From a virus (lineage: Duplodnaviria > Heunggongvirae > Uroviricota > Caudoviricetes), in the IMG/VR virus record IMGVR_UViG_2913147268_000004: DNA of 27,424 bases, one strand, 5' to 3'. Under the pieces are notes generated by a model. That model saw only the letters and a program-made list of their open reading frames with translations, made no database searches and had not been told where the DNA came from. Made by a program: the position numbers and the translations under genes. Shown here piece by piece: positions 1 through 8,723 of this stretch; the first letter of the stretch is position 1, and every line of letters starts with the position of its first letter.

Positions 1-91
1 CACAACATCCGAGGACAGCAACACCCGATACTTTTTCCTGGCTTCCAGCAACGGGGTTTCTTCCTCCGTTGCATATACAGCTCACCTTTTT

Positions 92-385
92 TCACCCACG
101 ATTAACCAACAGCCAGACCAGCAGACACGCCACCACCGGCACAGCAAAATCCATCAGGCTTGCCACATCCCAAGCTCGCGGATCAAAACCGCCCCACCAC
201 GGCATATTCATTCGCTTGCCATGCCCGAACATTTCAATCCAGCGATATTCTGCCTGGGTATGTTCACGCGCAATGAAGAACGTACAACCGGCTATCGCTC
301 CGTAAGCCCAGTTTCCGGTAAAAAGACCAACCAGTATCTGCGCAGCCACAGCACAAAGTGCATGAAGTAAGGGGCTTATATCCAT
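92..385 (-). CDS. hypothetical small membrane protein (two predicted transmembrane helices)
   Basis: 97-codon ORF; SD-like AAGGAGG 5-7 nt upstream of the ATG at 385; starts 12 nt after the stop of the preceding minus-strand gene; two long hydrophobic segments in the translation. No family recognised. Confidence 0.5.
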   Translation of the reverse strand: MDISPLLHALCAVAAQILVGLFTGNWAYGAIAGCTFFIAREHTQAEYRWIEMFGHGKRMNMPWWGGFDPRAWDVASLMDFAVPVVACLLVWLLVNRG

Positions 386-397
386 TATTTCCTCCTT

Positions 398-676
398 TCA
401 GCTCCATTCCCGAAGCGGTGTTTCCAGCTCCACGACATAATCAGAGAATACAGAAACATCAAACAAGTCATCAAGAATGCGAATGTTGACAAAATAACCG
501 TCATTCCGGACACAGACAGGTTCTCCCTCTTCTGTTACCCCTGTTTCTGTGTAGGTGAAACCAATTTCATCGACTAACAGTTTATTCTGGAGGTCTTCAT
601 CCTCCTCCCAGTCAAGAGATGACAGGAAGGATTTAAACTCTCTGTTACCAGGAAATTTCAAAGTTAAATCTTTCAT
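398..676 (-). CDS. hypothetical acidic 92-aa protein downstream of side tail fiber gene
   Basis: ATG at 676 overlaps the stf stop (ATGA overlap, translational coupling); translation is D/E-rich; not similar to lambda Tfa as I recall it. Confidence 0.5.
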   Translation of the reverse strand: MKDLTLKFPGNREFKSFLSSLDWEEDEDLQNKLLVDEIGFTYTETGVTEEGEPVCVRNDGYFVNIRILDDLFDVSVFSDYVVELETPLREWS

Positions 677-2694
677 ACTGCCTCCTTGATTTGCCTGTCA
701 TTTAATTCTTTAAACCAGACTCTGAAATTTCTGATGTGTCCAAACAAATGACGCGTTCCTGCTGCGGTCTGCCCACCAAACCGGTACGATGTTGCTGTAA
801 CTCCAAATATTTTACCATTAAGGTTTGTTGTATAATTACCATTGCATATTGCATTTACTGATAAATCAGATTTAGCTCTCACACCCACAATGAACCTTTC
901 TCCATCTGAGGCAATTTGTGGCTGAACCATTCCTACGTTGGCGCTTATCTTTCCTGTTGCAACAAACCCCAGCGATAAATAATTATCATCAATACTGTGC
1001 CCTCCAACATCAAATATCCTTGGCGCAACATTGGGCGGTGTACTCCAGTTCCTGCTTACTTCGCACAATACCGTAAAAGGCCGTGTTGACAGGTTATTCT
1101 GCGATGGGATAGTAACTACATCACTTGCGCGTGTTGTTGGCATTGTAGTTACAATAAATGACGATGCCGTATTGCCCAGTTCAATTTGCGGCGTCGTCAT
1201 GGTTAATGTTGAGTCATCATAGAATGTCTCATTACTTATTTTATTTGTCATATAAAAAGCACAGTTAACGGTATCAATGTCCGTATTAGCTGTATAAGTG
1301 GCCTCATAGTAGGTCCACTCGCCCTGTTGTTCAGCTTTGGCTGTTATAAGGGATGTATTACCGCTTACTGTTGCGATCCGGGTATCCAGATCAAGATAAG
1401 AGTCAGCAGAGAAGGTATCTGTTCCACCAATAATAACTGAAACTCTTAACCTGCATCGTGCTTTAGCGCCTTTAACCCGGCACGAAAAAGTGAAACATTC
1501 ACCACTTGCCAGCGGGAATCTGTCTGCTGCAACCACACCATGCACAGTATAGCCACCTGTTGTTCCCACTATACTTTCCGTGGGTGTCACCGTGGCATAA
1601 TTGAACCCCTGTTTATCAGTGCCAAATGTTTTATTCAGTGCGGAATGAACAGTCCATGAGTCTGGTTTATTTGAGTTCCTCAGATAATTTGTCCTCTGTC
1701 CTTCAATCAATAAGCCATCGCGCTCAAATCGCGGTTCGTCAACTTCAGCAAGCTTGAGTTGGCCGGACTTATTAATATACGTTGCTGTTGAAGCACGTTT
1801 AAACTTAACAATCTTGTCGCCTGGCATTGTTATTTCATCGTCACCAATAACTATCTTTTTATAAGATGGCGAAAAACCCGTAATCATATCCAGTGAATCG
1901 TTAAACGGTATCCACACATCAGGCAGCGGCGGCACTATATTCGCACAGGGCTCTGCAGTCACTTCCGCTGCGGCTTCTGCGCGGTCTGCCGCCTTTTCAG
2001 CTCGTGTCGCTGCCGACAGAGCCTCATCCTTTTTCTGCCCGGCCTTTGTTGCGTCTGCTGCGGCCTCCCGCGCTTTTGTGGTGGCGACTCCGGCATTTTC
2101 AGCGGCTGACTCTGCATTACGGCGGGAAGCCTCTTCACTGTCTGCGGAGGCTTCTTCTGACGCACGGGCATTTGTCTCTGAACGTTCTGCCGCTGTTGCT
2201 GCGTTTTGTGCGGCTGTTTTTGAAGAAGCTGCCGCTTTCGCGCTGTTACCTGCATTCGTCTCTGATGTTTTCGCCGCGTTCCTGGACGATGCCGCTGCTG
2301 TTTCTGATTTCTTTGCTGCCGCTGCGCTCTGAGAGGCGGCTTCAGCGTTGCGTGCCGCCTCTTCCACCATCTTTTCAAAACGATACAGTGCCTCCGGACA
2401 AACATCATCTTCTGTTGCAGCGCCCAGAAAATCATTCAATGTCCCCGGCTTAGAATCCTCATACACGGTGATGGTCCCGGCATGTGAAGGCGGAAAACCT
2501 TCAACCAGCAGGGCGACGCTGTACTGGCCATACTCAACATCCATGCTGTAACGTCCGGCTTCATCCGGATTTTCTGAGGCCACCGTGTTCACCACAACTG
2601 TGGTGCTGTTACGTTTTGCTTTGAGCTGAATGGTGCAGTTCTGTATCGGTTTTCCTGCACCGTCTTTCAGCACACCTGAAATCTGTACTGCCAT
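673..2694 (-). CDS. stf: side tail fiber protein, Stf family (lambda-like N-terminus, divergent C-terminal domain)
   Basis: N-terminal ~95 aa (MAVQISGVLKDGAGKPIQNCTIQLKA...) match my recollection of lambda Stf; followed by Ala/Ser/Glu-rich repeat region typical of Stf shafts; likely start is ATG at 2694 with GGAG SD (track ORF begins at GTG 2700). Confidence 0.85.
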   Translation of the reverse strand: MAVQISGVLKDGAGKPIQNCTIQLKAKRNSTTVVVNTVASENPDEAGRYSMDVEYGQYSVALLVEGFPPSHAGTITVYEDSKPGTLNDFLGAATEDDVCPEALYRFEKMVEEAARNAEAASQSAAAAKKSETAAASSRNAAKTSETNAGNSAKAAASSKTAAQNAATAAERSETNARASEEASADSEEASRRNAESAAENAGVATTKAREAAADATKAGQKKDEALSAATRAEKAADRAEAAAEVTAEPCANIVPPLPDVWIPFNDSLDMITGFSPSYKKIVIGDDEITMPGDKIVKFKRASTATYINKSGQLKLAEVDEPRFERDGLLIEGQRTNYLRNSNKPDSWTVHSALNKTFGTDKQGFNYATVTPTESIVGTTGGYTVHGVVAADRFPLASGECFTFSCRVKGAKARCRLRVSVIIGGTDTFSADSYLDLDTRIATVSGNTSLITAKAEQQGEWTYYEATYTANTDIDTVNCAFYMTNKISNETFYDDSTLTMTTPQIELGNTASSFIVTTMPTTRASDVVTIPSQNNLSTRPFTVLCEVSRNWSTPPNVAPRIFDVGGHSIDDNYLSLGFVATGKISANVGMVQPQIASDGERFIVGVRAKSDLSVNAICNGNYTTNLNGKIFGVTATSYRFGGQTAAGTRHLFGHIRNFRVWFKELNDRQIKEAV

Positions 2695-2752
2695 ATTCAC
2701 TCCACAAATAAAAAAGGCACCATTTCTGGTGCCCGAATTTGGGTTTTAAAAT

Positions 2753-4030
2753 TCAACTGATACTGATGCCGGCTGTTGATTTCTTCATCACGACAACAAG
2801 AAGGTCGCTGATACTGGTCGTTGGCGTCCAGTTATTTGCACCATATGAAGAAACATTGAAAGTCAGGGTGACATGGCCGTGTCCGGCAGGCATATCAATG
2901 ACTGATGAAAATACCCTGCTGACATCCGTCGCGGGTTGCTGAAAGATTTCCTGTCCGTTCTTCAGCACCTGCAGCTTACAGGTTGAATACCAGTATGACT
3001 GTTGGTTGTTGCTGTTGAAGTTTTCATGCTTACCACCGCGAAACAGAACGGGGGGGACGACTATCTGACGGTCAAAAGCCTGGTCATCGTACACAGTGAC
3101 CGTTATTGTACCGCTGGCATAACTGCCATTTCTCGGAAAGGCTTTTCCCACCGTTTTGACAATATCACCTTCAATCTGGTTAGCTGACAGTTTTCCCAGA
3201 ATCCGACAGTTCTGGTTAATCGTGACATTATTGAGCGTCCCGGAGTTCGCATTCACGTTACCGCTGATATCCGCATTTCTCGCAGAAAGTCGACCATCAG
3301 GTGTCAGTGAAAACGTTGGGGGATTGCCACCGCTGGTAATGGTGGGAGCCGTCAGATATTTCAGGAACACTTCGTTCATGAATATCTGATCGCCCTGCCC
3401 AACAAACATCGGCTTTGTATTGCCATTCGCAGGATTAATCATCGCAATCCTGTCCGCCGCCAGCAGCACCTGACTCTGCATACCGTCAGGGGTATTCTCA
3501 ATACCGGCACCAATACCCGCGATATAAAGGCGTCCGTCCTGCATCTGCTGCAGCTTCACAGCCCACATGCTGTTCAGGTTATTATTTGTATCAACCTGAA
3601 CCTTCTGTATCTGCTGGATCGCTGCACTCTGGTCTTCCAGTTTCTTATTGACGGTCTGCGTGATTTCATTGCTGACATCCGTAATGGACGTCCTGATTTC
3701 AGCCAGGTCAGGCGCAAGCTGACCGTTATCAATCTGCGTCCACAACTCCTGAGCCAGATGGGTTTTCCCTATCTCTCCTTTGAAAAAATCCAGATAGCCG
3801 GATGCATCATCACTCGGCTGGCCAACAGCCTCCACAAATGCCGATTTGCCAACGGTGTTCACACTGCGAATGTAAAAATAATAATCATGGCCCGGTTTGA
3901 TATTGATACTGGCGGCTATCCAGTACAGCGCCGTACCAAGATAACGCGCGCTGGCTTCAACCTGCCTGATATCCGCAATCCGCTTTTCCGAGAACCAGAA
4001 CTCAAACTGTAGGAACGTAGTACTCACCAA
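2753..4030 (-). pseudogene. J: 3' remnant of host-specificity/central tail fiber gene J (C-terminal ~425 codons only)
   Basis: Translation (…[62 protein letters not shown]…) matches the C-terminal third of lambda gpJ as I recall it; no ATG start (track start is TTG); 5' two-thirds of J absent; frame is continuous upstream to the esterase stop codon. Confidence 0.8.
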
Positions 4031-4063
4031 TAAATAAGCGTCAATACGGTGCTCCGTTGACGC

Positions 4064-5095
4064 TTACGGGTTTTGTTGTTGGGGAGCTGTTTTTATAGGC
4101 GCTCCCAGGTTTTTAGTAAACCACTCAACGACTCTGTTTATAATAATTGGCTGATACCATGTCTTATCGCCATGCTCGGCCCCTTCTACCAGCACGTACT
4201 CAGCGTTATCACCGTTCTTCTTCAACATCCTGAATAGTTTGGCGCTTTGCTCAGGTGAAACCAGAGTGTCTTTGCTACCATGCATAATAAGAAATGGGGG
4301 TTTTACTCCTTTCATATGTCCGATTGGACTGGCGTTTAGCGCTTTTTCTTTTGACGCTGTGATGGGGGCTCCCGCAAAATTTCTGAATGCAGGGCCATTG
4401 ATCATTAAGGCTTCGGTTACGGCAGGAGAGCGATGAACCTCCTGCACTGATTCAGGGAACCCCTCGCCAATATTCAACAAGTCAGAAATCCCATAAAGTG
4501 TGGCAACTGCCTGAACATCTGAGGATTGCTGAAGAAAGTCACCTTTATCAAAGGTTTTGTCACCATTTGTAGTTCCCATCATCTGGGCAAGCCATCCACC
4601 GGCAGAGTCACCCAGAACTCCGATTCTTTGAGGATCAATCCCATAATTGCTGGCATGCTCTCTCAGGTAACGTATTGCAGCTTTTCCATCCTCAACTGGT
4701 GCTGGAAATGTATCAGGAATTGTTCTGTATTCTACAGCGGCCACAACAAAACCAGCTTCTGCCAGAGCCATTCTCATTTCAATAAATTTGTCATGTTCAG
4801 AAGACATGAATCCGCCGCCGGGATAATAAATAATGGCTGGTTTTAAATCATTTGTTCGCGGGACAAGAACTGACATGTGAAGCTGTCTGACAGAACGAGT
4901 TCCTTTTATCTGGGAATAAACAACATCACCAATGAGATCGACCTGGTTTCTGGTCGGTGAAACACTAATGATATCTGCACCCGGGGTGTAACCAGGAAGA
5001 TTAGTCTGGACAGGTGTTGCACAACTCCCGACCGACATGGCCATTGACATACCATACAATAGTGTTGCAGATGATAATATCTTGTTAATTTTCAT
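4064..5095 (-). CDS. alpha/beta-hydrolase fold esterase/lipase (HSL-like), predicted lipoprotein
   Basis: 343-aa ORF; N-terminal signal peptide with lipobox-like SVGSC; YPGGGF oxyanion-hole-like motif and GDSAGG nucleophile motif; C-terminal HGSKD and AEHGD segments consistent with catalytic Asp/His. Family assignment by motif only. Confidence 0.75.
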   Translation of the reverse strand: MKINKILSSATLLYGMSMAMSVGSCATPVQTNLPGYTPGADIISVSPTRNQVDLIGDVVYSQIKGTRSVRQLHMSVLVPRTNDLKPAIIYYPGGGFMSSEHDKFIEMRMALAEAGFVVAAVEYRTIPDTFPAPVEDGKAAIRYLREHASNYGIDPQRIGVLGDSAGGWLAQMMGTTNGDKTFDKGDFLQQSSDVQAVATLYGISDLLNIGEGFPESVQEVHRSPAVTEALMINGPAFRNFAGAPITASKEKALNASPIGHMKGVKPPFLIMHGSKDTLVSPEQSAKLFRMLKKNGDNAEYVLVEGAEHGDKTWYQPIIINRVVEWFTKNLGAPIKTAPQQQNP

Positions 5096-5542
5096 GTTTT
5101 ACATGCCTTGACTTATCGGATGAAATTCTCTTACTAAATTTAACGGCAGTTTAATAGCCGTACAACTCGTGGTAGCCAGGGAAATATCCCAGTCGTGGTT
5201 AAGGTTGTACTTGACGGCTATTATTTCAACAATGCTTAAAGTGAGAGCTTAAGGTTATGCGTATGTTTTACAGTCCGAGTAGATTCTGACCAATAGCTTC
5301 TTTGTATAATTCTGTCAGAAATAAATCTTGGCTTGCATGAAGTTTGAGACCTTATCTTGTTTGATTATGAATAATCAATTCGCCATAATTGTATCACCGG
5401 AGCCTGAACAACTCCGGTGACTTCTGCGCTAAACGGGGACGTTTATGCGCACACACAATCCAAACTCTCTTCTCCCTTCACAGATGCAGAAATGCACCTG
5501 CGTTTTTTTGCATCTAGCGTCTGACCTCTGTGGAGGTGAAGC

Positions 5543-5998
5543 GTGAACCTACCACAAGATGGCATCAAACTGCATCGCGGTAACTTCATCGCTATCGGCC
5601 AGCAGATCCAGCCTTATCTGGAGAACGGAAAATGCTTTCGCATGGTGCTTAAACCGTGGCGTGAGAAACGCAGTCTTTCCCAGAATGCACTCAGCCACAT
5701 GTGGTACAGCGAAATCAGTGAATACCTCATCAGCAGGGGGAAATCGTTCGCTACCGCAGCATGGGTAAAAGATGCTCTCAAACACACATACCTCGGTTAT
5801 GAAACCAAGGACCTGGTTGATGTCGTAACCGGCGAAATCACTACTATCCAGTCGTTACGCCATACCTCCGATCTCGATACCGGAGAGATGTATGTCTTCC
5901 TGTGTAAGGTTGAAGCCTGGGCGGTGAATATTGGCTGCCACCTGACTATTCCGCAGAGCTGCGAGTTCCAGCTGCTGCGCGACAAGCAGGAGGCGTAA
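5543..5998 (+). CDS. ybcN: NinB/YbcN-family recombination protein (lambdoid nin region)
   Basis: 151-aa ORF from GTG 5543 with GGAGGTG SD; RSLSQN motif and length match my recollection of NinB/YbcN; syntenic with ninE-ybcO-rusA downstream. Confidence 0.6.
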   Translation: MNLPQDGIKLHRGNFIAIGQQIQPYLENGKCFRMVLKPWREKRSLSQNALSHMWYSEISEYLISRGKSFATAAWVKDALKHTYLGYETKDLVDVVTGEITTIQSLRHTSDLDTGEMYVFLCKVEAWAVNIGCHLTIPQSCEFQLLRDKQEA

Positions 5999-6168
5999 TG
6001 GCTACACCGCTTATTCGTGTCATGAACGGACACATCTACAGAGTACCAAATCGTCGTAAGCGTAAGCCTGAGCTGAAACCATCCGAAATACCAACACTGC
6101 TCGGATATACCGCCAGCCTGGTTGATAAAAAATGGTTGCGACTGGCAGCAAGGAGGAATCATGGCTGA
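5998..6168 (+). CDS. ninE: NinE-like small protein
   Basis: 56-codon ORF not in the supplied track (below length cutoff); start overlaps ninB stop; pattern KRKP…YTA.L.D..WLR..AR resembles NinE as I recall it; synteny. Confidence 0.5.
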   Translation: MATPLIRVMNGHIYRVPNRRKRKPELKPSEIPTLLGYTASLVDKKWLRLAARRNHG

Positions 6169-6451
6169 CTTGAGAAAAGCAGCGCGTGGTCGGGAATGCC
6201 AGGTAAGAATCCCTGGCGTATGTAATGGCAATCCTGAAACGTCAGTACTGGCACATATCCGGCTGGCTGGATTGTGCGGTACCGGTATCAAACCGCCAGA
6301 CCTGATTGCCACCATTGCATGTTCTGCCTGCCACGACGAAATCGACCGTCGCACGCATTTTGTTGACGCTGGATATGCAAAAGAATGTGCGCTGGAAGGT
6401 ATGGCGAGAACACAGGTTATCTGGCTGAAAGAGGGGGTAATTAAGGCGTGA
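6161..6451 (+). CDS. ybcO: YbcO-like (DUF1364) putative Cys-cluster nuclease of nin region
   Basis: 96-aa ORF from ATG 6161 preceded by AGGAGG (6151-6156); Cys cluster CQVRIPGVC…CSACHDE; length and sequence match my recollection of DLP12 YbcO. The track ORF starts at an upstream in-frame ATG at 6122. Confidence 0.65.
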   Translation: MADLRKAARGRECQVRIPGVCNGNPETSVLAHIRLAGLCGTGIKPPDLIATIACSACHDEIDRRTHFVDAGYAKECALEGMARTQVIWLKEGVIKA

Positions 6452-6810
6452 ATACTTACTGCATCACACTACCCTGGCCGCCGAGCAATAATCGCTATTA
6501 CCGCCATAATCGCGGACGCACGCATATCAGCGCAGAGGGGCAGGCATACCGCGATAATGTCGCCCGAATCATTAAAAACGCAATGCTGGATATCGGCCTG
6601 GCTATTCCTGTGAAAATCAGCATTGAGTGCCACATGCCGGATCGCCGTCGCCGTGACCTTGATAATCTGCAAAAGGCCGCTTTTGACGCACTCACCAAAG
6701 CAGGTTTCTGGCTGGATGATGCTCAGGTCGTTGATTACCGCGTTGTGAAGATGCCCGTTACCAAAGGTGGGAAGCTGGAGCTGACTATCACTGAACTGGG
6801 AGATGAATGA
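6448..6810 (+). CDS. rusA: Holliday junction resolvase RusA
   Basis: 120-aa translation near-identical to E. coli RusA as I recall it ([25 protein letters not shown]…). Confidence 0.9.
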   Translation: MNTYCITLPWPPSNNRYYRHNRGRTHISAEGQAYRDNVARIIKNAMLDIGLAIPVKISIECHMPDRRRRDLDNLQKAAFDALTKAGFWLDDAQVVDYRVVKMPVTKGGKLELTITELGDE

Positions 6811-6947
6811 TGTTTGAGTCTTATATGGCAGAACGTCTTCGCCGCCGCTGGGTGCGCCTGCGCTTATATCGTTTTCCTAGTTCTGTTTTGACCGATTACC
6901 GGATACTGAAGAATTACGCCAAAACACTGAAAGGAGCTGCCGCATGA
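6807..6947 (+). CDS. ylcG: YlcG-like small protein
   Basis: 46-codon ORF ([46 protein letters not shown]) overlapping rusA stop and the Q-position gene start; resembles DLP12 YlcG as I recall it. Confidence 0.55.
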   Translation: MMFESYMAERLRRRWVRLRLYRFPSSVLTDYRILKNYAKTLKGAAA

Positions 6948-7633
6948 ATACCCAATATTTACAGTATGTCCGCGAGCAACTCATTGTGGCTACCGCTGAT
7001 TTGAGCGGAGCAACGAAAGGACAGCTTGAAGCCTGGCTGGAGCATGCACAATTTGATACTGGTACATACAAACGAAAGAAGCCGCGCATTCTGGATGAGG
7101 TAACTGGCAGGATGATTACGCTGGATAATCCGCCGATTTCCGGTAAGCAGTTGTACGCAAAAGGTTCATCCATTGCACTGGTCAGCCAGGTTGAGTTCTC
7201 AACCTCGTCATGGCGCCGCGCGGTTCTGTCTCTCGAAGAACATCAGAAAGCGTGGTTGCTGTGGAGTTACAGCGAAAGTGTTCGCTGGGAACATCAGGTC
7301 ACCATAACGCAGTGGGCATGGAGCGAGTTTAAGACTCTGTTGGGTACCAGGAAAATTGCAGGTAAAACACTGGAACGTTTGAAGAAGTTGATCTGGCTGG
7401 CGGCACAGGATGTGAAGAACGAGCTGGCAGGGCGTAAGACCTATGAATACCAGGAGCTGGCATCACTGGTGGGAGTGACATCAAAAAACTGGTCTGAGAC
7501 ATTTACTGAACGCTGGGTTGCAATGAAGCACATTTTTCTACAGCTTGATAGCCAAGCTTTATTGCTTTTAACGAAAACACGTTCAAAACAAAAGACCATA
7601 TTTTCACAGCAAGATATTGCAAAACTGGATTAA
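6944..7633 (+). CDS. putative late-gene regulator at the Q (antiterminator) position; family not recognised
   Basis: 229-aa ORF with AAGGAG SD; sits between rusA/ylcG and the lysis cassette where lambdoid phages encode Q; translation has no cysteines, so it is not a lambda-Q-type zinc-finger protein. Confidence 0.45.
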   Translation: MNTQYLQYVREQLIVATADLSGATKGQLEAWLEHAQFDTGTYKRKKPRILDEVTGRMITLDNPPISGKQLYAKGSSIALVSQVEFSTSSWRRAVLSLEEHQKAWLLWSYSESVRWEHQVTITQWAWSEFKTLLGTRKIAGKTLERLKKLIWLAAQDVKNELAGRKTYEYQELASLVGVTSKNWSETFTERWVAMKHIFLQLDSQALLLLTKTRSKQKTIFSQQDIAKLD

Positions 7634-7645
7634 AAATCATATATT
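7617..7645 (+). promoter_or_regulatory. candidate late promoter (pR'-like): TTGCAA-N17-TATATT
   Basis: -35 TTGCAA (7617-7622), 17-bp spacer, -10 TATATT (7640-7645), overlapping the 3' end of the Q-position gene as pR' does in lambdoid phages. Sequence pattern only. Confidence 0.4.
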
Positions 7646-7700
7646 TTATGTAAATCTGATATTTTGCCAATGTTGTACGCACTGGCAGTAATCCAAATTC

Positions 7701-7735
7701 AAGCCCGAGGTTTAAAGCCTTGGGCTTTTCTGTTT
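7701..7735 (+). terminator. candidate intrinsic terminator (hairpin with G-U pair, then T-rich tract)
   Basis: AAGCCCGAGG…CCTTGGGCTT inverted repeat followed by TTTTCTGTTTCTG, about 55 nt downstream of the candidate late promoter. Confidence 0.35.
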
Positions 7736-7814
7736 CTGAACGGTGAGTAGCCTTCCAACCTACCCCAGCCAGGGTGTCTTCAGCTGTTGAGTTGATATTG
7801 CTTAACCCTCTGTT

Positions 7815-7840
7815 GCCAGCTACATGCTGGCTTTTTTATT
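7815..7840 (+). terminator. candidate intrinsic terminator (tR'-like)
   Basis: GCCAGC-tacat-GCTGGC perfect 6-bp stem followed by TTTTTTATT; about 190 nt downstream of the candidate late promoter, similar to the length of the lambda 6S transcript. Confidence 0.5.
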
Positions 7841-7954
7841 CCAGGCTTGCGGGGAGCATCAACTCCGTGCTTTGTCGTTAAATTACCCCGTGAGCCTGAT
7901 TTCTGACATTTAACGTCCCGGCCTTTTGTCGGCGGCGAAACATTGGCTATTCAT

Positions 7955-8260
7955 ATGCACGAAAAAGAGAGCCTTGCCGGAGCGTTCTGGCTCGTTTTGC
8001 TGATCATCGCAGGTTGGGGCGGTCTGGTCCGCTACCTGATAGATGTGAAGCAGAGTAAAGCAACGTGGAGTTGGATAAATGCTCTGGCTCAAATAGTGGT
8101 ATCAGGATTCACCGGTGTTATTGGTGGCCTGATCAGCATCGAAAGTGGATTCAGTATTTACATGATTCTCGCGACAGCGGGGATTAGTGGTGCGATGGGT
8201 TCGGTTGCACTGACGTACTTCTGGGAACGACTGACAGGGGTGAAAAATGCAAAATCTTAA
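7955..8260 (+). CDS. holin (three predicted TM segments)
   Basis: First gene of the lysis cassette, overlapping the R start; three hydrophobic segments; possible dual start (TTG at 7943 and ATG at 7955, MAIHM…). Confidence 0.7.
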   Translation: MHEKESLAGAFWLVLLIIAGWGGLVRYLIDVKQSKATWSWINALAQIVVSGFTGVIGGLISIESGFSIYMILATAGISGAMGSVALTYFWERLTGVKNAKS

Positions 8261-8723
8261 TCCTCAGCGTAAAGCCTTCCTCGATATGTTGGCGTGGTCA
8301 GAAGGAACGGATAACGGGCGACAACCGACACGTAACCACGGTTATGATGTTATTGTTGGCGGCGAACTGTTTACTGATTACTCCGATCACCCTCGCAAAC
8401 TTGTCACGCTACACCCCAAACTCAAATCAACAGCCGCCGGACGTTATCAGCTTCTTTCACGCTGGTGGGATGCTTACCGTAAACAGCTTGGTTTGAAAGA
8501 CTTCTCCCCCAAAAGCCAGGACGCAGTGGCATTACAGCAGATTAAAGAGCGTGGTGCTTTACCGATGATTGATCGCGGTGATATCCGTCAGGCAATCGAC
8601 CGTTGCAGCAATATCTGGGCTTCACTGCCGGGCGCTGGTTATGGTCAGTTCGAGCATAAGGCTGACAGCCTGATTGCAAAATTCAAAGAAGCTGGCGGAA
8701 CGCTCAGAGAGAGTGAGGTATGA
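8247..8723 (+). CDS. R: endolysin R (lambda-type lytic transglycosylase)
   Basis: 158-aa translation near-identical to lambda gpR as I recall it (…[48 protein letters not shown]…). Confidence 0.95.
   Translation: MQNLNPQRKAFLDMLAWSEGTDNGRQPTRNHGYDVIVGGELFTDYSDHPRKLVTLHPKLKSTAAGRYQLLSRWWDAYRKQLGLKDFSPKSQDAVALQQIKERGALPMIDRGDIRQAIDRCSNIWASLPGAGYGQFEHKADSLIAKFKEAGGTLRESEV

Noticed and set aside
69-305. Plus-strand ORF (78 aa)
   Set aside because: Overlaps the minus-strand 92..385 gene, which has a strong SD and a coherent membrane-protein translation; the plus-strand ORF has no start signals.
2000-2400. Short tandem repeat-like periodicity that could be mistaken for a repeat array
   Set aside because: It encodes the repetitive SETNA/AAxxA shaft of the tail fiber on the minus strand; there is no spacer/repeat structure like a CRISPR array.
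1959-2453. ORFs 2004..2453(+), 2078..2332(+), 1959..2435(-) inside the stf repeat region
   Set aside because: They lie in or opposite the Ala/Ser/Glu-rich repeat-encoding part of stf; low-complexity translations (poly-Ala/Leu or Arg/Gln-rich) typical of shadow frames; stf homology explains the region.
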